A stretch of 64,000 nt of DNA from an uncultured Bacteroidales bacterium (GTDB lineage Bacteria > Bacteroidota > Bacteroidia > Bacteroidales > UBA11471), in contig CANQDQ010000004.1 in NCBI GenBank assembly GCA_947593515.1, positions 71,254 through 135,253 on the forward strand, read 5' to 3'. The notes under the pieces were generated by a model. That model did not search any database. It was not told the DNA's origin and saw only the letters and a list, made by a program, of their open reading frames with translations. A program made the position numbers and the translations under genes. Shown here piece by piece: positions 36,565 to 48,201 of the stretch; the stretch's first letter is position 1, and every line of letters begins with the position of its first letter.

Positions 36565-36653
36565 CGGTATTTCACGGTATAAACAACCGGTTCACGGCTC
36601 AACAAGAAAAATGGAATTTTGATACATTTTTTTTGATATTCGATAAAAATGTT

Positions 36654-36661
36654 TATCTTTG
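36654..36661 (+). promoter_or_regulatory. -7 box TAtcTTTG in the apgM-like/thrC spacer
   Basis: Exact TAnnTTTG match 74 nt upstream of the thrC ATG, inside a 170-bp intergenic spacer. Confidence 0.45.
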
Positions 36662-36734
36662 CACTAAGACGGGCGGCAAAATGGTCGCTATGAAACGGCA
36701 AAATGCCGTCCGAACAAATTTTTGAAATCGTATC

Positions 36735-38039
36735 ATGCTATATTACAGTACCAATAAGCAATCGCCTGCCGCTACGCTCGAAGAAGCCGTCGTGCGCGGG
36801 CTTGCACCCGACAAAGGTTTGTATATGCCCGAGCGCATCAAAACCCTGCCTCCCGCCTTTTACCACAACATGGGCGAAATGTCTTTTCAGGAAATTTCGT
36901 TCATCGTGGCCGAAGCCTTTTTCGGCGAAGATATGGAGGCGGATATTCTCAAAAACATCGTTTACGACACACTCCGTTTCGACGTTCCGTTAGTGCGGGT
37001 GCACGACTCCATATACAGCCTCGAACTCTTCCATGGTCCGACGTTGGCGTTCAAAGATGTCGGCGCGCGGTTTATGGCGCGGCTGCTGGGATATTTCATA
37101 CGGAAAGAGGGGCATCGTGAGGTGAATGTGCTCGTCGCCACTTCGGGCGATACCGGCAGCGCGGTGGCAAACGGATTTCTCGATGTCGAGGGAATACACG
37201 TTTATGTGCTCTATCCGAAAGGAAAAGTCAGCGAAATACAGGAAAAGCAGTTTACGACGCTGGGCAAAAACATCACCGCGCTCGAAATCGACGGCACCTT
37301 CGACGACTGTCAGGCGCTGGTGAAAAATGCCTTTATGGACGAAGAGCTCAATCGCAAGATGGCGCTCACGTCGGCAAACTCTATCAACGTCGCCCGCTTC
37401 CTGCCGCAGGCGTTTTACTACTTCTACGCCTATGCGCAGCTCGAAAAACAGGACGCTGCCCGCGAGGTGGTGATATGCGTGCCGAGCGGTAATTTCGGAA
37501 ATATTACGGCGGGGCTTTTCGCCAAGCGTATGGGCTTGCCCGTAAAACGCTTCATCGCCGCCAACAACCGGAACGACATATTCTATCAATACCTGCGCAC
37601 GGGAGAATATTCGCCCCGACCCTCCGTGCCGACGCTTGCCAATGCGATGGACGTGGGCGCGCCGAGCAACTTCGCCCGCGTGCTCGACCTCTACGGCGGT
37701 TCGCACGAAGCCGTTTGCGCCGATATTTCCGGCGCCGCTTATACCGACGAACAGATACGGGAAACCCTTGCCGATGTCTACCGCCGCCACCATTACCTGC
37801 TCGACCCGCACGGCACCTGCGGCTATCGCGCGCTGGCAGAGGGATTGCAAACCGGCGAGACGGGCGTATTCCTCGAAACGGCGCACCCCGCGAAATTCAT
37901 CGACCGCGTGGAGCCGATTATCGGCGAGCGTGTGGCGATACCCGACACCTTGCAGCGCTTTATGCAGGGCACGAAACAGAGCATACCGCTGCCCTCTGAT
38001 TTCGTACACTTCAAGCGCTATCTGCTCAACCGTCGATAG
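36735..38039 (+). CDS. thrC: Threonine synthase
   Basis: 434 aa. PLP-lysine motif FHGPTLAFKDVG, plus ATSGDTGSAV. Confidence 0.92.
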   Translation: MLYYSTNKQSPAATLEEAVVRGLAPDKGLYMPERIKTLPPAFYHNMGEMSFQEISFIVAEAFFGEDMEADILKNIVYDTLRFDVPLVRVHDSIYSLELFHGPTLAFKDVGARFMARLLGYFIRKEGHREVNVLVATSGDTGSAVANGFLDVEGIHVYVLYPKGKVSEIQEKQFTTLGKNITALEIDGTFDDCQALVKNAFMDEELNRKMALTSANSINVARFLPQAFYYFYAYAQLEKQDAAREVVICVPSGNFGNITAGLFAKRMGLPVKRFIAANNRNDIFYQYLRTGEYSPRPSVPTLANAMDVGAPSNFARVLDLYGGSHEAVCADISGAAYTDEQIRETLADVYRRHHYLLDPHGTCGYRALAEGLQTGETGVFLETAHPAKFIDRVEPIIGERVAIPDTLQRFMQGTKQSIPLPSDFVHFKRYLLNRR

Positions 38040-38051
38040 GCGAAACGATAT

Positions 38052-38090
38052 AAAAAACAGCGCACCCGTTTTTCGGGTGCGCTGTTTTTT
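38052..38090. terminator. Bidirectional rho-independent terminator
   Basis: Arms cagcgcacccg / cgggtgcgctg, loop ttttt, with A6 before and T6 after. Lies between convergent thrC and the PspC-domain gene. Confidence 0.85.
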
Positions 38091-38105
38091 CGTATAGTAA
38101 GGTGC

Positions 38106-38849
38106 TTAACGATAAGCTAACAAAGTCGTTATGCAGATGATGACGATGCCTAACCATATTACGCATACGACGATAGCAGTAATCAGGCAGCCGCTCATTT
38201 CTTTGCGCGGTTGGCGCACGCTTCCCTGCTCGGTTACGTAGCGGTGTATGTTTTCGGCAGTAGGAGCGATGCCCTGCATTTCGAGCTGTTGTGCCGTAGT
38301 GCGGGCTTTGGGTACGACGAGCCACATAATCAGGTAGAGCAGTATGCCGCCTCCGTAGCAGAGGAAAAAGAGTATGAAAAGCAAGCGCACCCATATCGCG
38401 TTGATGCCGAAGAATGCCGCTATTCCCGCAGCCACGCCGCCGAATACCGCGTTTAGTTTGTCGCGGTAGAGTTTGCGTTTGAGAATCGGCTGCCGTTCTT
38501 CTGCGCTGTTCGTTTGGTCGTTTTCTTCGGCGGCAGCATTTTCCTTATCCTTTTCCTCCTGTTTGGCATCGGTATTTTCATCGGCGATTTCGCCGAAATC
38601 CTCTACCTTGCCGAGTATGGTGATGGCTTCGTTTACGTCGGCGAGCGTAGCCGACTGCATACCGTAGCGCCGGCGTTCGTTGAACAGCTCCCACAGGCGC
38701 ACTTCGATGTCGTTCATCACCTCGTCGGTTGCCGGCGTGTCGCCGAAGTGTTCCCGCAGCCGTTGCAGGTAATCCTGCAACACCTTGACGGCATCTTCGT
38801 CGATGTAGCACACGTTGCCGCCCAAATTGAAAATAGAACTCTTTTCCAT
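38106..38849 (-). CDS. PspC-domain membrane protein
   Basis: KLYRDKLNAVFGGVAAGIAAFFGINAIWVRLLFILFF ... YLIMWLVVPKA is a PspC domain. The middle is acidic. Confidence 0.8.
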   Translation of the reverse strand: MEKSSIFNLGGNVCYIDEDAVKVLQDYLQRLREHFGDTPATDEVMNDIEVRLWELFNERRRYGMQSATLADVNEAITILGKVEDFGEIADENTDAKQEEKDKENAAAEENDQTNSAEERQPILKRKLYRDKLNAVFGGVAAGIAAFFGINAIWVRLLFILFFLCYGGGILLYLIMWLVVPKARTTAQQLEMQGIAPTAENIHRYVTEQGSVRQPRKEMSGCLITAIVVCVIWLGIVIICITTLLAYR

Positions 38850-38874
38850 TGTAATATCTGTTTTTTATAAATGA

Positions 38875-39207
38875 CTATAAAGTTTTTTCTTTCAGGTGCG
38901 CGATGCTTTCGTTGAGGTCGTTCCATGCCGTTTCCAGTTCGACGAGAAACTCCCGCCCCTTGTCGGTCAGCGTATAATATTTGCGCGGCGGACCCTGCGG
39001 CGACTCTTCCCATTCGTAAGTCAGAAACCCGTCGTTTTTCAAGCGGGAGAGCAGCGGATAAATCGTACCCTCCACGACGATGAGCCGGGCATCTTTCAGT
39101 CGCGTGATGATGTCGGAGGCATACGCCCGTTTGCGATTCAGCAGCAACAGGGTGCAATATTCGAGTACCCCTTTGCGCATTTGCGAACTTAGATTTTCTT
39201 TTATCAT
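38875..39207 (-). CDS. PadR-family transcriptional regulator
   Basis: Start trimmed to the ATG at 39207. GVLEYCTLLLLNRKRAYASDIITRL ... EGTIYPLLSRLKNDGFL ... RKYYTLTDKG. Confidence 0.85.
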   Translation of the reverse strand: MIKENLSSQMRKGVLEYCTLLLLNRKRAYASDIITRLKDARLIVVEGTIYPLLSRLKNDGFLTYEWEESPQGPPRKYYTLTDKGREFLVELETAWNDLNESIAHLKEKTL

Positions 39208-39422
39208 GGCGGTTGTTTTATATGCGGTTTCGTTGAACAAGCTCTGTCGGAATCCGTTGCAAATATATTGTTTATTTAGATACCTTGTATCGCATAGTAC
39301 TATATTTAACAATATTTATGTTTGTCCCAATTGGGTGAAAAGGAGGGGAAGAGCGCCGGCACGGCGTTTTGCGCGAGGTCGGAGTTACGGCGCAAAGTCT
39401 TGGCGATATGGCGGAGATTTAT

Positions 39423-39430
39423 TATCTTTG
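39423..39430 (+). promoter_or_regulatory. -7 box TAtcTTTG for nfo
   Basis: Exact match 22 nt upstream of the ATG at 39452. Confidence 0.5.
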
Positions 39431-39451
39431 CCCTGAAACAAAAAATCGGAT

Positions 39452-40294
39452 ATGAAATACATCGGTGCACACGTCAGCGCGACGGGCGGTGTGGAAAACG
39501 CCCCCGAGAATGCGCATCGGATAGGAGCGACGGCTTTCGCGCTCTTTACGAAAAATCAGCGTCAGTGGTTTTCGTCGCCCTTGTCGGCAGAGAGCATACG
39601 GCTTTTCAAAGAGCGGTGTGCGGCATACGGCTACACGGCGGCGCAGATACTGCCGCACGACAGTTACCTCATCAATCTGGGACACCCGCAGGAAGAGGGG
39701 TTGGCGAAGTCGCGCGCCGCGTTTCTCGACGAAATGCAGCGGTGCGAGCAGCTGGGGCTGTCGCTGCTGAATTTCCACCCGGGTTCGCACCTGCGTGAAA
39801 TCTCCGTCGAGGCTTGCCTCGACCGCATCGCCGAGTCCATCAACCGGACGCTCGGCAAGACGTCGGGCGTTACGGCAGTCATCGAAAACACGGCGGGGCA
39901 AGGCTCCAACGTGGGCTTCCTGTTCGAACATCTGGCATACATCATCGACAAGGTCGAGGACAAAAGCCGTGTCGGCGTCTGCATCGACACCTGCCACACG
40001 CTGGCAGCCGGTTACGACCTGATAACCCCCGAAGGCTTCGAGCAGACCTTCCGGCAGTTAGACGAAATCGTGGGCTTGAAATACCTGCGGGGTATGCACA
40101 TCAACGATTCCAAGAAAGGGCTTGCCTCTCATGTCGATCGCCACGAGGTGCTGCGCGAGGGCGAGTTGGGGGCGCCGCTGTTCGAACGCATCATGCACGA
40201 TGCCCGTTTCGAGGGCATTCCGTTGATTCTCGAAACGCCCGACGAAGAGCGCTGGAGCGAAGAAATCGCGTGGCTTAAAAGCCTTTGCCGCTGA
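39452..40294 (+). CDS. nfo: Deoxyribonuclease IV (endonuclease IV)
   Basis: [13 protein letters not shown] ... FHPGSH ... IENTAGQG ... CIDTCH ... HINDS are canonical Nfo metal-site blocks. Confidence 0.93.
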   Translation: MKYIGAHVSATGGVENAPENAHRIGATAFALFTKNQRQWFSSPLSAESIRLFKERCAAYGYTAAQILPHDSYLINLGHPQEEGLAKSRAAFLDEMQRCEQLGLSLLNFHPGSHLREISVEACLDRIAESINRTLGKTSGVTAVIENTAGQGSNVGFLFEHLAYIIDKVEDKSRVGVCIDTCHTLAAGYDLITPEGFEQTFRQLDEIVGLKYLRGMHINDSKKGLASHVDRHEVLREGELGAPLFERIMHDARFEGIPLILETPDEERWSEEIAWLKSLCR

Positions 40295-40431
40295 CGGTTT
40301 AGCCTGAAAAAGAAACGGTTTCTGCCGGACAGGGAAAAGTTAATTTTACTTGACGGTATCAAAATCGTTATGAAAAATATCAAAATAAAAGAAACAGCCT
40401 CCTTTTTATCGAGTTTCTTTGCATAACTACC

Positions 40432-43400
40432 ATGAAATCAAATAATTCTTTATATATGCGTATCTATCGTAAAATAGGAACGGGAGCGTTGCTGCTGCTG
40501 TTTCCGCTGTTCGTGGCGGCACAGGACTTGCCGCAAACGGAAAAACTTTCGCGCGGTGTCGTAGCCGTGAAGATGTCGAAAAGCGAAGGACAGAAGAAAG
40601 ACGGAATTTTCATCAGTTGGCGCTTTCTCGAAACCGATAAGGCGAGCACGGCATTCAACGTCTATCGCGACGGCACCAAGCTGAATGCGGAGCCGCTCAC
40701 TACCGTAACGAACTATACCGATACGGGCGGAAGCGTCTCTTCCAAATATGAAGTCGAAACCCTTGTCGATGGCGAGCCGGTGAGGCGCGATGCCGCCGGA
40801 AAGGTTTGGGAAAATATCTACAAGGAAATTCCGTTGGAACGCCCTGCCGCCGGTATTACACCGCCGTATTCCTGTACCCGTAATAAAGTGCAATACAACT
40901 ATCCCAATGGGGAAGAATATTCCTATACTCCCAACGATTGCAGCGTGGGCGATGTCGATGGCGACGGCGAGTACGAAATCATCGTGAAGTGGGACCCTTC
41001 CAATTCGCAGGACAATTCCTTAGCCGGCTATACGGGCAATGTGTATCTCGACTGCTACAAGATGGACGGCACGAAATTGTGGCGCATCGACTTGGGGCAG
41101 AACATACGCGCCGGTGCGCACTACACGCAGTTTATGGTCTATGACCTCGACGGCGACGGCAAAGCCGAAGTCGCCTGCAAGACGGCGCCGGGTACGGTCG
41201 ATGGAAAAGGAAAAAACGTATTGATGAACAATGACGACCCGAATGTCGATTATCGCAATTCGTCGGGCTATATACTTAGCGGACCGGAATATCTGACCGT
41301 GTTCAACGGCGAAACGGGCGCCGAGCTTGCCACCGTTGCCTACAACCCGTCGCGCGGAAGTGTCAGCGCTTGGGGTGATAGCTATGGAAACCGTGTCGAT
41401 CGTTTTTTGGCTTGCATCGCTTATCTCGACGGCGTAAAGCCGAGCCTTGTCATGTGTCGCGGGTACTATACGCGGACAACGTTGGTGGCTTACGATTTCG
41501 ACGGTAAAAATCTGAAGCAAAAGTGGATGCACGATTCCGGTACCTCATCTTCCGGAAATACCTCTTACGGACAGGGCAACCACAACCTCTCCGTCGGCGA
41601 TGTCGATGACGACGGTTGCGACGAAATCATTTACGGCGCCTGCGCTATCGACCATGACGGCTTGCTGCTTTACCGCACGGGACTGGGACACGGCGACGCC
41701 ATACACTTTTCCGACCTCGACCCGAATACCGAAGATTTGGAAGTATTTTCTCCCCATGAAGACACCGGTGCAAAGTACGGTTTCGAGATGCACAATGCGA
41801 GAACGGGTGCCATTTTGCATGGTGAATATACCGGAACCGATGTCGGGCGCGGGATTGCTGCCGATATCGATGTCAACCATTCCGGCTTCGAGTTTTGGAG
41901 TACGGGCAGCAGCAACGTCTATAATTGTCAGGGACAGGTTGTCAGTTCAAAGAATCGTCCGTCAGTCAATTTCCGCATCTATTGGGACGGCGACCTGCAA
42001 GACGAACTGCTCGACGGCAATGTCATCGACAAATGGAATTCCGGCAGTAAGAAGGCTTCCCGCATATTCTCTCCGTCGAGTTATAAAAACGCCAGTACAT
42101 GCAACTCCACCAAGAAAACGCCGAACCTGCAAGCCGACCTTTTCGGCGACTGGCGGGAGGAGCTGGTGTTGTGGAATGGTAACACTTCGTCGTCGCTGCT
42201 CGTGTTTACAACGACTTACGACTCTCCCTACCGCATAGTTACCCCCATGCACGACCACATCTATCGCATGGGCATTGCGTGGCAGAATGTGGCATATAAC
42301 CAGCCTCCCCACTTGGGATATTACATAGGCGACGGACCCGACAAGACGGGCGCACGTCTGAAAAAACTCGGCGAAGGCGCTCTCGATCAAATACTTGAAA
42401 TCGGCGAAGCGATAGTGCCGTTCGGCTACGAATGGACAAATGCCGAAAGCATGGAGGCTAAGGGGTTGCCCGACGGAGTAACCGCCAAAGTCGATAACGA
42501 GAAGTGTACGATAACGATCAGCGGTACGCCTACGGCGATAGGTACATATAATTATACCCTCTCCACCGTCGGAAGCAGTACGAATGCTTGGCAGTCGGGT
42601 ACAATAACCGTGCGGGAGAAAGCGATTATCACCGAAGTGGCGCATTTCAAGTTCGACGAAACATCGGGCGCGACTGCCAAAAACGAAATTTCCGGTTCGG
42701 CTTCTGCTGCCGATTTTACCCCCGAGTGGACTGCCGGCGTACAAGGTGGTGCGCTTTTGTTGCCGAAAAGAGAAAAAGGGTATATGGTGCAGCCGCATTA
42801 CGACGCTTTGAAATTGGGGAATGTTTCTTTCTCTATCACCTTGTGGTTCAAATCGTCGGGTGGCAACAACATCGACTGGTATCTGTTCCACAAAGGCAGT
42901 CATACAGCCAATTCGGCAACCGGAGCGACCGGCAAGTGGATTGGCATACAATATAAAAACAATAATCTCACGTTCGGTATCGACGACGATAAGACCAAAA
43001 CGAATATCGATGTTCCCGCTTCGGACTATTTCGACAACCGCTGGCACTTCCTTGCCTGCGTGCGCGATGTAGATAGCAAAGAGATAGTCATGTATATCGA
43101 CGGCGAAAGGGTTGGCTCAACCACCGACAAGACCGGCGATATATCGGAAACGGAAGACATGGTTATCGGCAATTGCAATGTCAATTTCAATACGCCGTAT
43201 CAAGGCGCGTTGGACGAATTGACGATTTCCACCGGTGCATTGAGCGCCGCTACGGTCAAGAAGATGTACGAAGAACACAAGGAGGCAGCCGCCGGCATCG
43301 ACGAAACCGCCGTATCGGCAACCGAGCGTGTGAACGTATATCCGACAGTTGTCGATGACTATACCCGCATCGTACTCAACGGCGTTTCCGACGAAATGGC

Positions 43401-43572
43401 AACATTCGTCATCAACAACATGGCGGGTGCCGAAGTCTATAACCGCAGCTACTACATCGAGGGCGGCGAACCCTTGGTTATCAGCGGACTCGGCGAACTG
43501 CCCGCCGGCGTGTACACGCTTTCGGTAACGACCTCCGACGGCACCTACACCCGCAAGTTGGTCAAAAAGTAA
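40432..43572 (+). CDS. Rhamnogalacturonan lyase (PL11, YesW-like) fused to a LamG/concanavalin-like domain and a T9SS C-terminal domain
   Basis: CSVGDVDGDGEYEIIVKWDPSNSQDNS...NVYLDCYKMDGTKLWRIDLGQNIRAGAHYTQFMVYDLDGDGKAEV is the PL11 propeller. A LamG-like block follows (ITLWFKSSGG...YQGALDELTI). The C-terminus is VNVYPTVVDDYTRIVL...GVYTLSVTTSDGTYTRKLVKK. Confidence 0.88.
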   Translation: MKSNNSLYMRIYRKIGTGALLLLFPLFVAAQDLPQTEKLSRGVVAVKMSKSEGQKKDGIFISWRFLETDKASTAFNVYRDGTKLNAEPLTTVTNYTDTGGSVSSKYEVETLVDGEPVRRDAAGKVWENIYKEIPLERPAAGITPPYSCTRNKVQYNYPNGEEYSYTPNDCSVGDVDGDGEYEIIVKWDPSNSQDNSLAGYTGNVYLDCYKMDGTKLWRIDLGQNIRAGAHYTQFMVYDLDGDGKAEVACKTAPGTVDGKGKNVLMNNDDPNVDYRNSSGYILSGPEYLTVFNGETGAELATVAYNPSRGSVSAWGDSYGNRVDRFLACIAYLDGVKPSLVMCRGYYTRTTLVAYDFDGKNLKQKWMHDSGTSSSGNTSYGQGNHNLSVGDVDDDGCDEIIYGACAIDHDGLLLYRTGLGHGDAIHFSDLDPNTEDLEVFSPHEDTGAKYGFEMHNARTGAILHGEYTGTDVGRGIAADIDVNHSGFEFWSTGSSNVYNCQGQVVSSKNRPSVNFRIYWDGDLQDELLDGNVIDKWNSGSKKASRIFSPSSYKNASTCNSTKKTPNLQADLFGDWREELVLWNGNTSSSLLVFTTTYDSPYRIVTPMHDHIYRMGIAWQNVAYNQPPHLGYYIGDGPDKTGARLKKLGEGALDQILEIGEAIVPFGYEWTNAESMEAKGLPDGVTAKVDNEKCTITISGTPTAIGTYNYTLSTVGSSTNAWQSGTITVREKAIITEVAHFKFDETSGATAKNEISGSASAADFTPEWTAGVQGGALLLPKREKGYMVQPHYDALKLGNVSFSITLWFKSSGGNNIDWYLFHKGSHTANSATGATGKWIGIQYKNNNLTFGIDDDKTKTNIDVPASDYFDNRWHFLACVRDVDSKEIVMYIDGERVGSTTDKTGDISETEDMVIGNCNVNFNTPYQGALDELTISTGALSAATVKKMYEEHKEAAAGIDETAVSATERVNVYPTVVDDYTRIVLNGVSDEMATFVINNMAGAEVYNRSYYIEGGEPLVISGLGELPAGVYTLSVTTSDGTYTRKLVKK

Positions 43573-43740
43573 ACTCCCGATAATCTTTTGATAGATGCGC
43601 CGCCCGAACGATTGTCGTTCGGGCGGCATTCGTTTTTGTCGGTGTCCGGACGCACGCTTTTTCCCTTGCGATGCCTCCGGCTGCGGACAAAAAAATCGGG
43701 ACGCCGAAGCGTCCCGATGCAAAGTTTTTTCACAGTATTA

Positions 43741-46293
43741 TTAGAACCAGCGCACGTATGCGAAATCCTGACGATGAGGCAGGTCGGGATTTTTCGGATA
43801 GATGCGGAAAGAGTATTTGAATACGCCGGCACGCTTCACGCTGTTCTGTACGGCATACGTTACGACGTCGCCGTCGCTCTTTACAGGTTTCATTTCGGAA
43901 ACTTTGTAGAGTTTCTGCTCTCCGTCGAGAATACGTACGACAACCAACTCTACGCCCAGACAGTCGGCAAGTCCGTTGCAGGCAATCGATACCTCTATAT
44001 CGTAAGTATTGCCGGCGCAGAGCGTGGTGCGCGTTTCGGGCAGATTGACATCTTTTACCGCTATGCCTGCCCACTTCTCTGCCACTTTCTGTTTCCATGC
44101 GGCAATCTCTTTGGCTTTCTTGAAGTCGTTTGCCATGAGCAGTTTCGAGCGTTTGGCTTCTTTGATGTAGAAGCGTTCCAGATAGTCGTCGAGCATGCGT
44201 TTCATCGTAAACTCGGGAGCGATTTGCGCAATCGAGTTTTTGATGTATTGAATCCACTCGGGCGAATAGCCTTTGCTGTTTTTGGCGAAGTAGAGCGGAA
44301 TGATATGATTCTCGAGCATGAAGTAAATCGTGGCGGCATCGAGTTGGTCTTGATGACCCTGCTCTTGGAAGGTGCGTTTGTCGGTCAATGCCCAACCTGC
44401 GCCCTCTTTGTAGCCTTCGTACCACCAGCCGTCGAGTACCGAGAAGTTGAGTACGCCGTTCATTTCGGCTTTCTCGCCCGACGTACCGGAGGCTTCGAGC
44501 GGGCGGGTCGGCGTGTTGAGCCAGATGTCCACACCCGAAACGAGGCGTTTCGCCATCTTCATGTCGTAGTTTTCGAGGAAGATGATTTTACCGAGAAATT
44601 CGGGACGGCGCGAAATTTCGACGATGCGTTTTATCAAATCCTGACCGGCGCCGTCGGCGGGGTGCGCCTTGCCGGCAAAGAGGAATTGTACGGGGTATTG
44701 TGGGTTGTTCACGATCTTGGCGAGGCGGTCGAGGTCGGAGAACAGCAGGTGCGCCCGTTTGTAGGTGGCGAAGCGGCGGGCGAAACCTATCAGGAGCGCA
44801 TTCGGATTGATGCGTTCGAGAATGGAAACCACGCGAGCGGGGTCGCCCTGATTCTTCACCCAGTTTTCGCGGAACTCTTTGCGCACGAAGTCGAGCAGTT
44901 TGTTCTTCATCGTCTGGCGCATGGCCCAGATCTCTTCATCGGGCACGTCGTAGATTTTCTGCCACAGCGAGCGGTCGTTTTGATGCGTCAGGAAGTCGGC
45001 GCCGAAGTGTTTGGTATAGAACTCTTTCCACTCCGAAGCCGCCCATGTGGGCATGTGCACGCCGTTGGTTACGTAGCTTACGTGCAGCTCGTCGGGCGAA
45101 TAGCCTTTCCAGATAGGTTGGAACATGCGCTGCGACACTTTCCCGTGCAGCCAGCTTACGCCGTTTACCTCTTGGCAGGTGTTGCAGGCGAAAACGCTCA
45201 TCGAGAATTTTTCGCCTGAGCCCGGATTTTCGCGGCCCATGTCCATCAGTTCGTTGAACGTGATGCCGAGTTTGGCGGGGAACTCGCCCATGTATTTGCC
45301 GAACAGCGATTCGTCGAAGTAGTCGTGTCCCGCAGGCACGGGCGTGTGCACCGTGTAGAGCGACGACGAGCGCACCACTTCCAGCGCTTCGGCGTATGTG
45401 AGTTTGTCTTCTTCGATATAATCCACCAAGCGTTGTACGTTGATGAGGGCGGCGTGTCCTTCGTTGCAGTGGTAGATGTTTTTCTTGATGCCCAAACGTT
45501 TGAGCATCAGTATGCCGCCGATACCCAGCAGGTATTCTTGTTTCATGCGGTTTTCCCAGTCGCCGCCGTAGAGTTGGTAGGTGATGGAGCGGTCGAACTC
45601 GCTGTTGAGCGCCATGTCGGTATCCATCAGATACAGAGGCACGCGGCCCACGTTCACCCGCCAGATGTTGGCATAGACGATGCGGCCCGGATAGGGCACT
45701 TCGAGTATGATGGGTTTGCCCGTTTCATCGACGACGCGTTCGAGCGGCAGTTGGTTGAAGTTCTGCGCTTCGTAGTTGGCAAGCTGCTGACCGTCCATCG
45801 AAAGGGTCTGCGTGAAGTAGCCGTAGCGGTAGAGGAATCCGACGGCGACCATGTCGATGTTGCTGTCGCTTGCCTCTTTCAGATAGTCGCCCGCCAAGAT
45901 ACCCAGACCGCCCGAATAGATTTTCAGAATGTTTGCCAAACCGTATTCCATACTGAAATAGGCGATGGAGGGGAGGTCGGTTCTGGGCTTCTCGTCCATG
46001 TATTTGCGGAATTTCACGTATTGGGTGTTGATGGTAAGCATCAACGCTTTGTCGGCGATGATTTCTTCAAAACGTTCATAGCTGGTGCGGTTGAGCATCA
46101 GTACGGGATTTTCGCCGACGGCGCTCCACAGTTCGGGGTCGATGGCTTTGAACATCTCGGTGGCTTCGTTGTTCCACACCCACCACACGTTGTGTGCCAT
46201 TTCTTGCAGCACGCTCAATTGGGCGGGTACGCGCGATTCGATGGTAATGTCGCGCCATGCAGGCGCATTGGCATTGCTTACTTGTACTTTCAT
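43741..46293 (-). CDS. glgP: Alpha-glucan phosphorylase (GT35)
   Basis: Start trimmed to the ATG at 46293 ([15 protein letters not shown]). The tracked ORF to 46968 reads through the upstream gene in another frame. Blocks YFSMEYG and [17 protein letters not shown] (PLP-Lys region). Confidence 0.88.
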   Translation of the reverse strand: MKVQVSNANAPAWRDITIESRVPAQLSVLQEMAHNVWWVWNNEATEMFKAIDPELWSAVGENPVLMLNRTSYERFEEIIADKALMLTINTQYVKFRKYMDEKPRTDLPSIAYFSMEYGLANILKIYSGGLGILAGDYLKEASDSNIDMVAVGFLYRYGYFTQTLSMDGQQLANYEAQNFNQLPLERVVDETGKPIILEVPYPGRIVYANIWRVNVGRVPLYLMDTDMALNSEFDRSITYQLYGGDWENRMKQEYLLGIGGILMLKRLGIKKNIYHCNEGHAALINVQRLVDYIEEDKLTYAEALEVVRSSSLYTVHTPVPAGHDYFDESLFGKYMGEFPAKLGITFNELMDMGRENPGSGEKFSMSVFACNTCQEVNGVSWLHGKVSQRMFQPIWKGYSPDELHVSYVTNGVHMPTWAASEWKEFYTKHFGADFLTHQNDRSLWQKIYDVPDEEIWAMRQTMKNKLLDFVRKEFRENWVKNQGDPARVVSILERINPNALLIGFARRFATYKRAHLLFSDLDRLAKIVNNPQYPVQFLFAGKAHPADGAGQDLIKRIVEISRRPEFLGKIIFLENYDMKMAKRLVSGVDIWLNTPTRPLEASGTSGEKAEMNGVLNFSVLDGWWYEGYKEGAGWALTDKRTFQEQGHQDQLDAATIYFMLENHIIPLYFAKNSKGYSPEWIQYIKNSIAQIAPEFTMKRMLDDYLERFYIKEAKRSKLLMANDFKKAKEIAAWKQKVAEKWAGIAVKDVNLPETRTTLCAGNTYDIEVSIACNGLADCLGVELVVVRILDGEQKLYKVSEMKPVKSDGDVVTYAVQNSVKRAGVFKYSFRIYPKNPDLPHRQDFAYVRWF

Positions 46294-48002
46294 AAACTGT
46301 TTATATTGGTATATATATCTTCTTCGTTTTCGCCGGCGAACATCGGCTGCCGCGCCTCTTCGGCGACGCGGCGCAGGGCTATGTCGTAGGCTTTTTTGTA
46401 ATACTCGATGAAGCGGCTCCACTCCGCTTTTTCGGCGGTGGCGGCAGCTGCGTGGCGCATACGTATCCAGCGCTCTTTGTCGAGAGCTGCCACCCACATG
46501 ATGGTGCCGGCAAGGTCTTCTGCCACCTGCTCGAAATTGAAATCGGTGCGGCGCAGCACGGCGACGCCTTTCTTCTCCATGTCGCCCTCGCCCGACGAGC
46601 AAATCCAGCGTCCGAATCCCGACAGGTCGGTCGTTACGGTGGGTATGCCGAAAGCGATGCTTTCGAGCGGCGTGTAGCCCCACGGCTCGTAATACGACGG
46701 GAATGCCGTCGCGTCGAATCCTATCAGCAGGTCGTAGTAGCTGCGGTTGGCTATTCCGTCGCTGCCGGTGAGGTACGACGGCAGGAATATCACTTTCAGC
46801 CGCGAGTCGGGGTGCTGCCCGAAAGCGCAGTAATGGATTTGGTTCATTATCCGGTCTTCGGCGTAGTTGTGCAGCGTGTGGGTGATGTAGGGGTCGGTGA
46901 GCGGATAGTCGTAGGGCGTGCTGCTGTGCATACGCTCCTGTAAGTCCGTGCGGGCTTCGCGCACCCATGCCGGTACGAGTACGAAAGCGATGATTTCGCG
47001 TTTGCCGTTGTAGCGGTATTGCAGGCGGCGCAACGCGTCGACGTAGAGGTCGATGCCTTTGTTCTTAAATTCGTAGCGCCCCGAAGTCGCCAACAGGAAA
47101 GCATCGTCGGAAGGACGGTAGCCTATGAGCGACGCCGCGATTTTCAGCAGGCATTCGCGGGCGGCGGCACGCTTTTGGGCATACAGCTCCTCTTTGGGTA
47201 CGAAGTTGTTTTCAAAGCCGTTGGGCGTAACCACGTCGGGGCGTTTCTCCAACAGTTGGGCGCATTCCGTTGCCGTTACCTCGCTCACGGTGGTGAACGC
47301 CGACGCGAAGTGGGCGGCTTGCCGCTCGACCGAATGTTTCGCCTCCATGTTCAACTCCTCCGCCATCTGGGTGCCGTTGTAGCCTGCCATGTAACCGTAG
47401 AGCGGTTTGCCGTTGGCGGCTATGGAGCGACCTATCGACGTGGCGTGGGTCGTGAATACGGTGGCTATGCCGGGTACGGCACGGCGCAGGTAGAGCAGTC
47501 CCATACCCGTCTGCCATTCGTCGAAGTGGGCGACCACCTTGTATTGTTCGCCTTTTATATAGCGATAGAAGTGTTCGATGACTTGCGCTGCCGCGCAGGC
47601 AAACATACACGACTCGTCGTAATCGCCGTAGGCGCGGAGCGACTTCACGCCATATGTCTCCCACATGGAGGCGTATATTTCGTTGCGGCGGGCAAACATG
47701 TCCTGAAAATCGACCAGCACGACAATCGGTCGTCCGGGAATGTTCCAGCGTCCCACCCGTATTTTCAGACCGGCGGCAACGGCGGCGTTTTTCCACCCTT
47801 TCAGCAGCGTGCGCGATTCGGTGAAAAAAGGCGATGGCGCCGATTTCCACACATCGGGTCCGATAAAGATATTCCGGTCTTTGTTGATTTGCTGCAGCGT
47901 ATGCGCTTTCGTGGAGAGTACCGTGTAAATGCCGCCCACCAGATTACACACTTCCCAGCTCACTTCAAACAGATAATCGGGATATAGTTGTTTTGTCGCC
48001 AT
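46290..48002 (-). CDS. Glycogen synthase, eukaryote-like GT3 type
   Basis: [24 protein letters not shown] resembles the N-terminus of eukaryotic glycogen synthases. Its TGA overlaps the phosphorylase ATG (ATGA at 46290-46293). Confidence 0.85.
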   Translation of the reverse strand: MATKQLYPDYLFEVSWEVCNLVGGIYTVLSTKAHTLQQINKDRNIFIGPDVWKSAPSPFFTESRTLLKGWKNAAVAAGLKIRVGRWNIPGRPIVVLVDFQDMFARRNEIYASMWETYGVKSLRAYGDYDESCMFACAAAQVIEHFYRYIKGEQYKVVAHFDEWQTGMGLLYLRRAVPGIATVFTTHATSIGRSIAANGKPLYGYMAGYNGTQMAEELNMEAKHSVERQAAHFASAFTTVSEVTATECAQLLEKRPDVVTPNGFENNFVPKEELYAQKRAAARECLLKIAASLIGYRPSDDAFLLATSGRYEFKNKGIDLYVDALRRLQYRYNGKREIIAFVLVPAWVREARTDLQERMHSSTPYDYPLTDPYITHTLHNYAEDRIMNQIHYCAFGQHPDSRLKVIFLPSYLTGSDGIANRSYYDLLIGFDATAFPSYYEPWGYTPLESIAFGIPTVTTDLSGFGRWICSSGEGDMEKKGVAVLRRTDFNFEQVAEDLAGTIMWVAALDKERWIRMRHAAAATAEKAEWSRFIEYYKKAYDIALRRVAEEARQPMFAGENEEDIYTNINSL

Positions 48003-48201
48003 AAAATTTTTGTCGTCGAATGAAAAACTGCGCGAATTTACAACAAAAAAACGAGATAGACTCTATTCGTTTTTTATTATTTTTCAACATGCCGCGATTA
48101 TTTCAACTTTTCTTTTTTTTCGGCTCGTGTGAAGAAATTTGAAAGAAACGGAGAACTATTTTTTGTTGAGTGTGTTAGGGGCGCGGAAACAAGCCGGCAC
48201 G

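Noticed and set aside
46294-46968. Upstream 225-codon extension of the phosphorylase ORF
   Set aside because: It overlaps the glycogen synthase coding region in another frame. The ATG at 46293 gives a typical alpha-glucan phosphorylase N-terminus and an ATGA coupling with the synthase stop.
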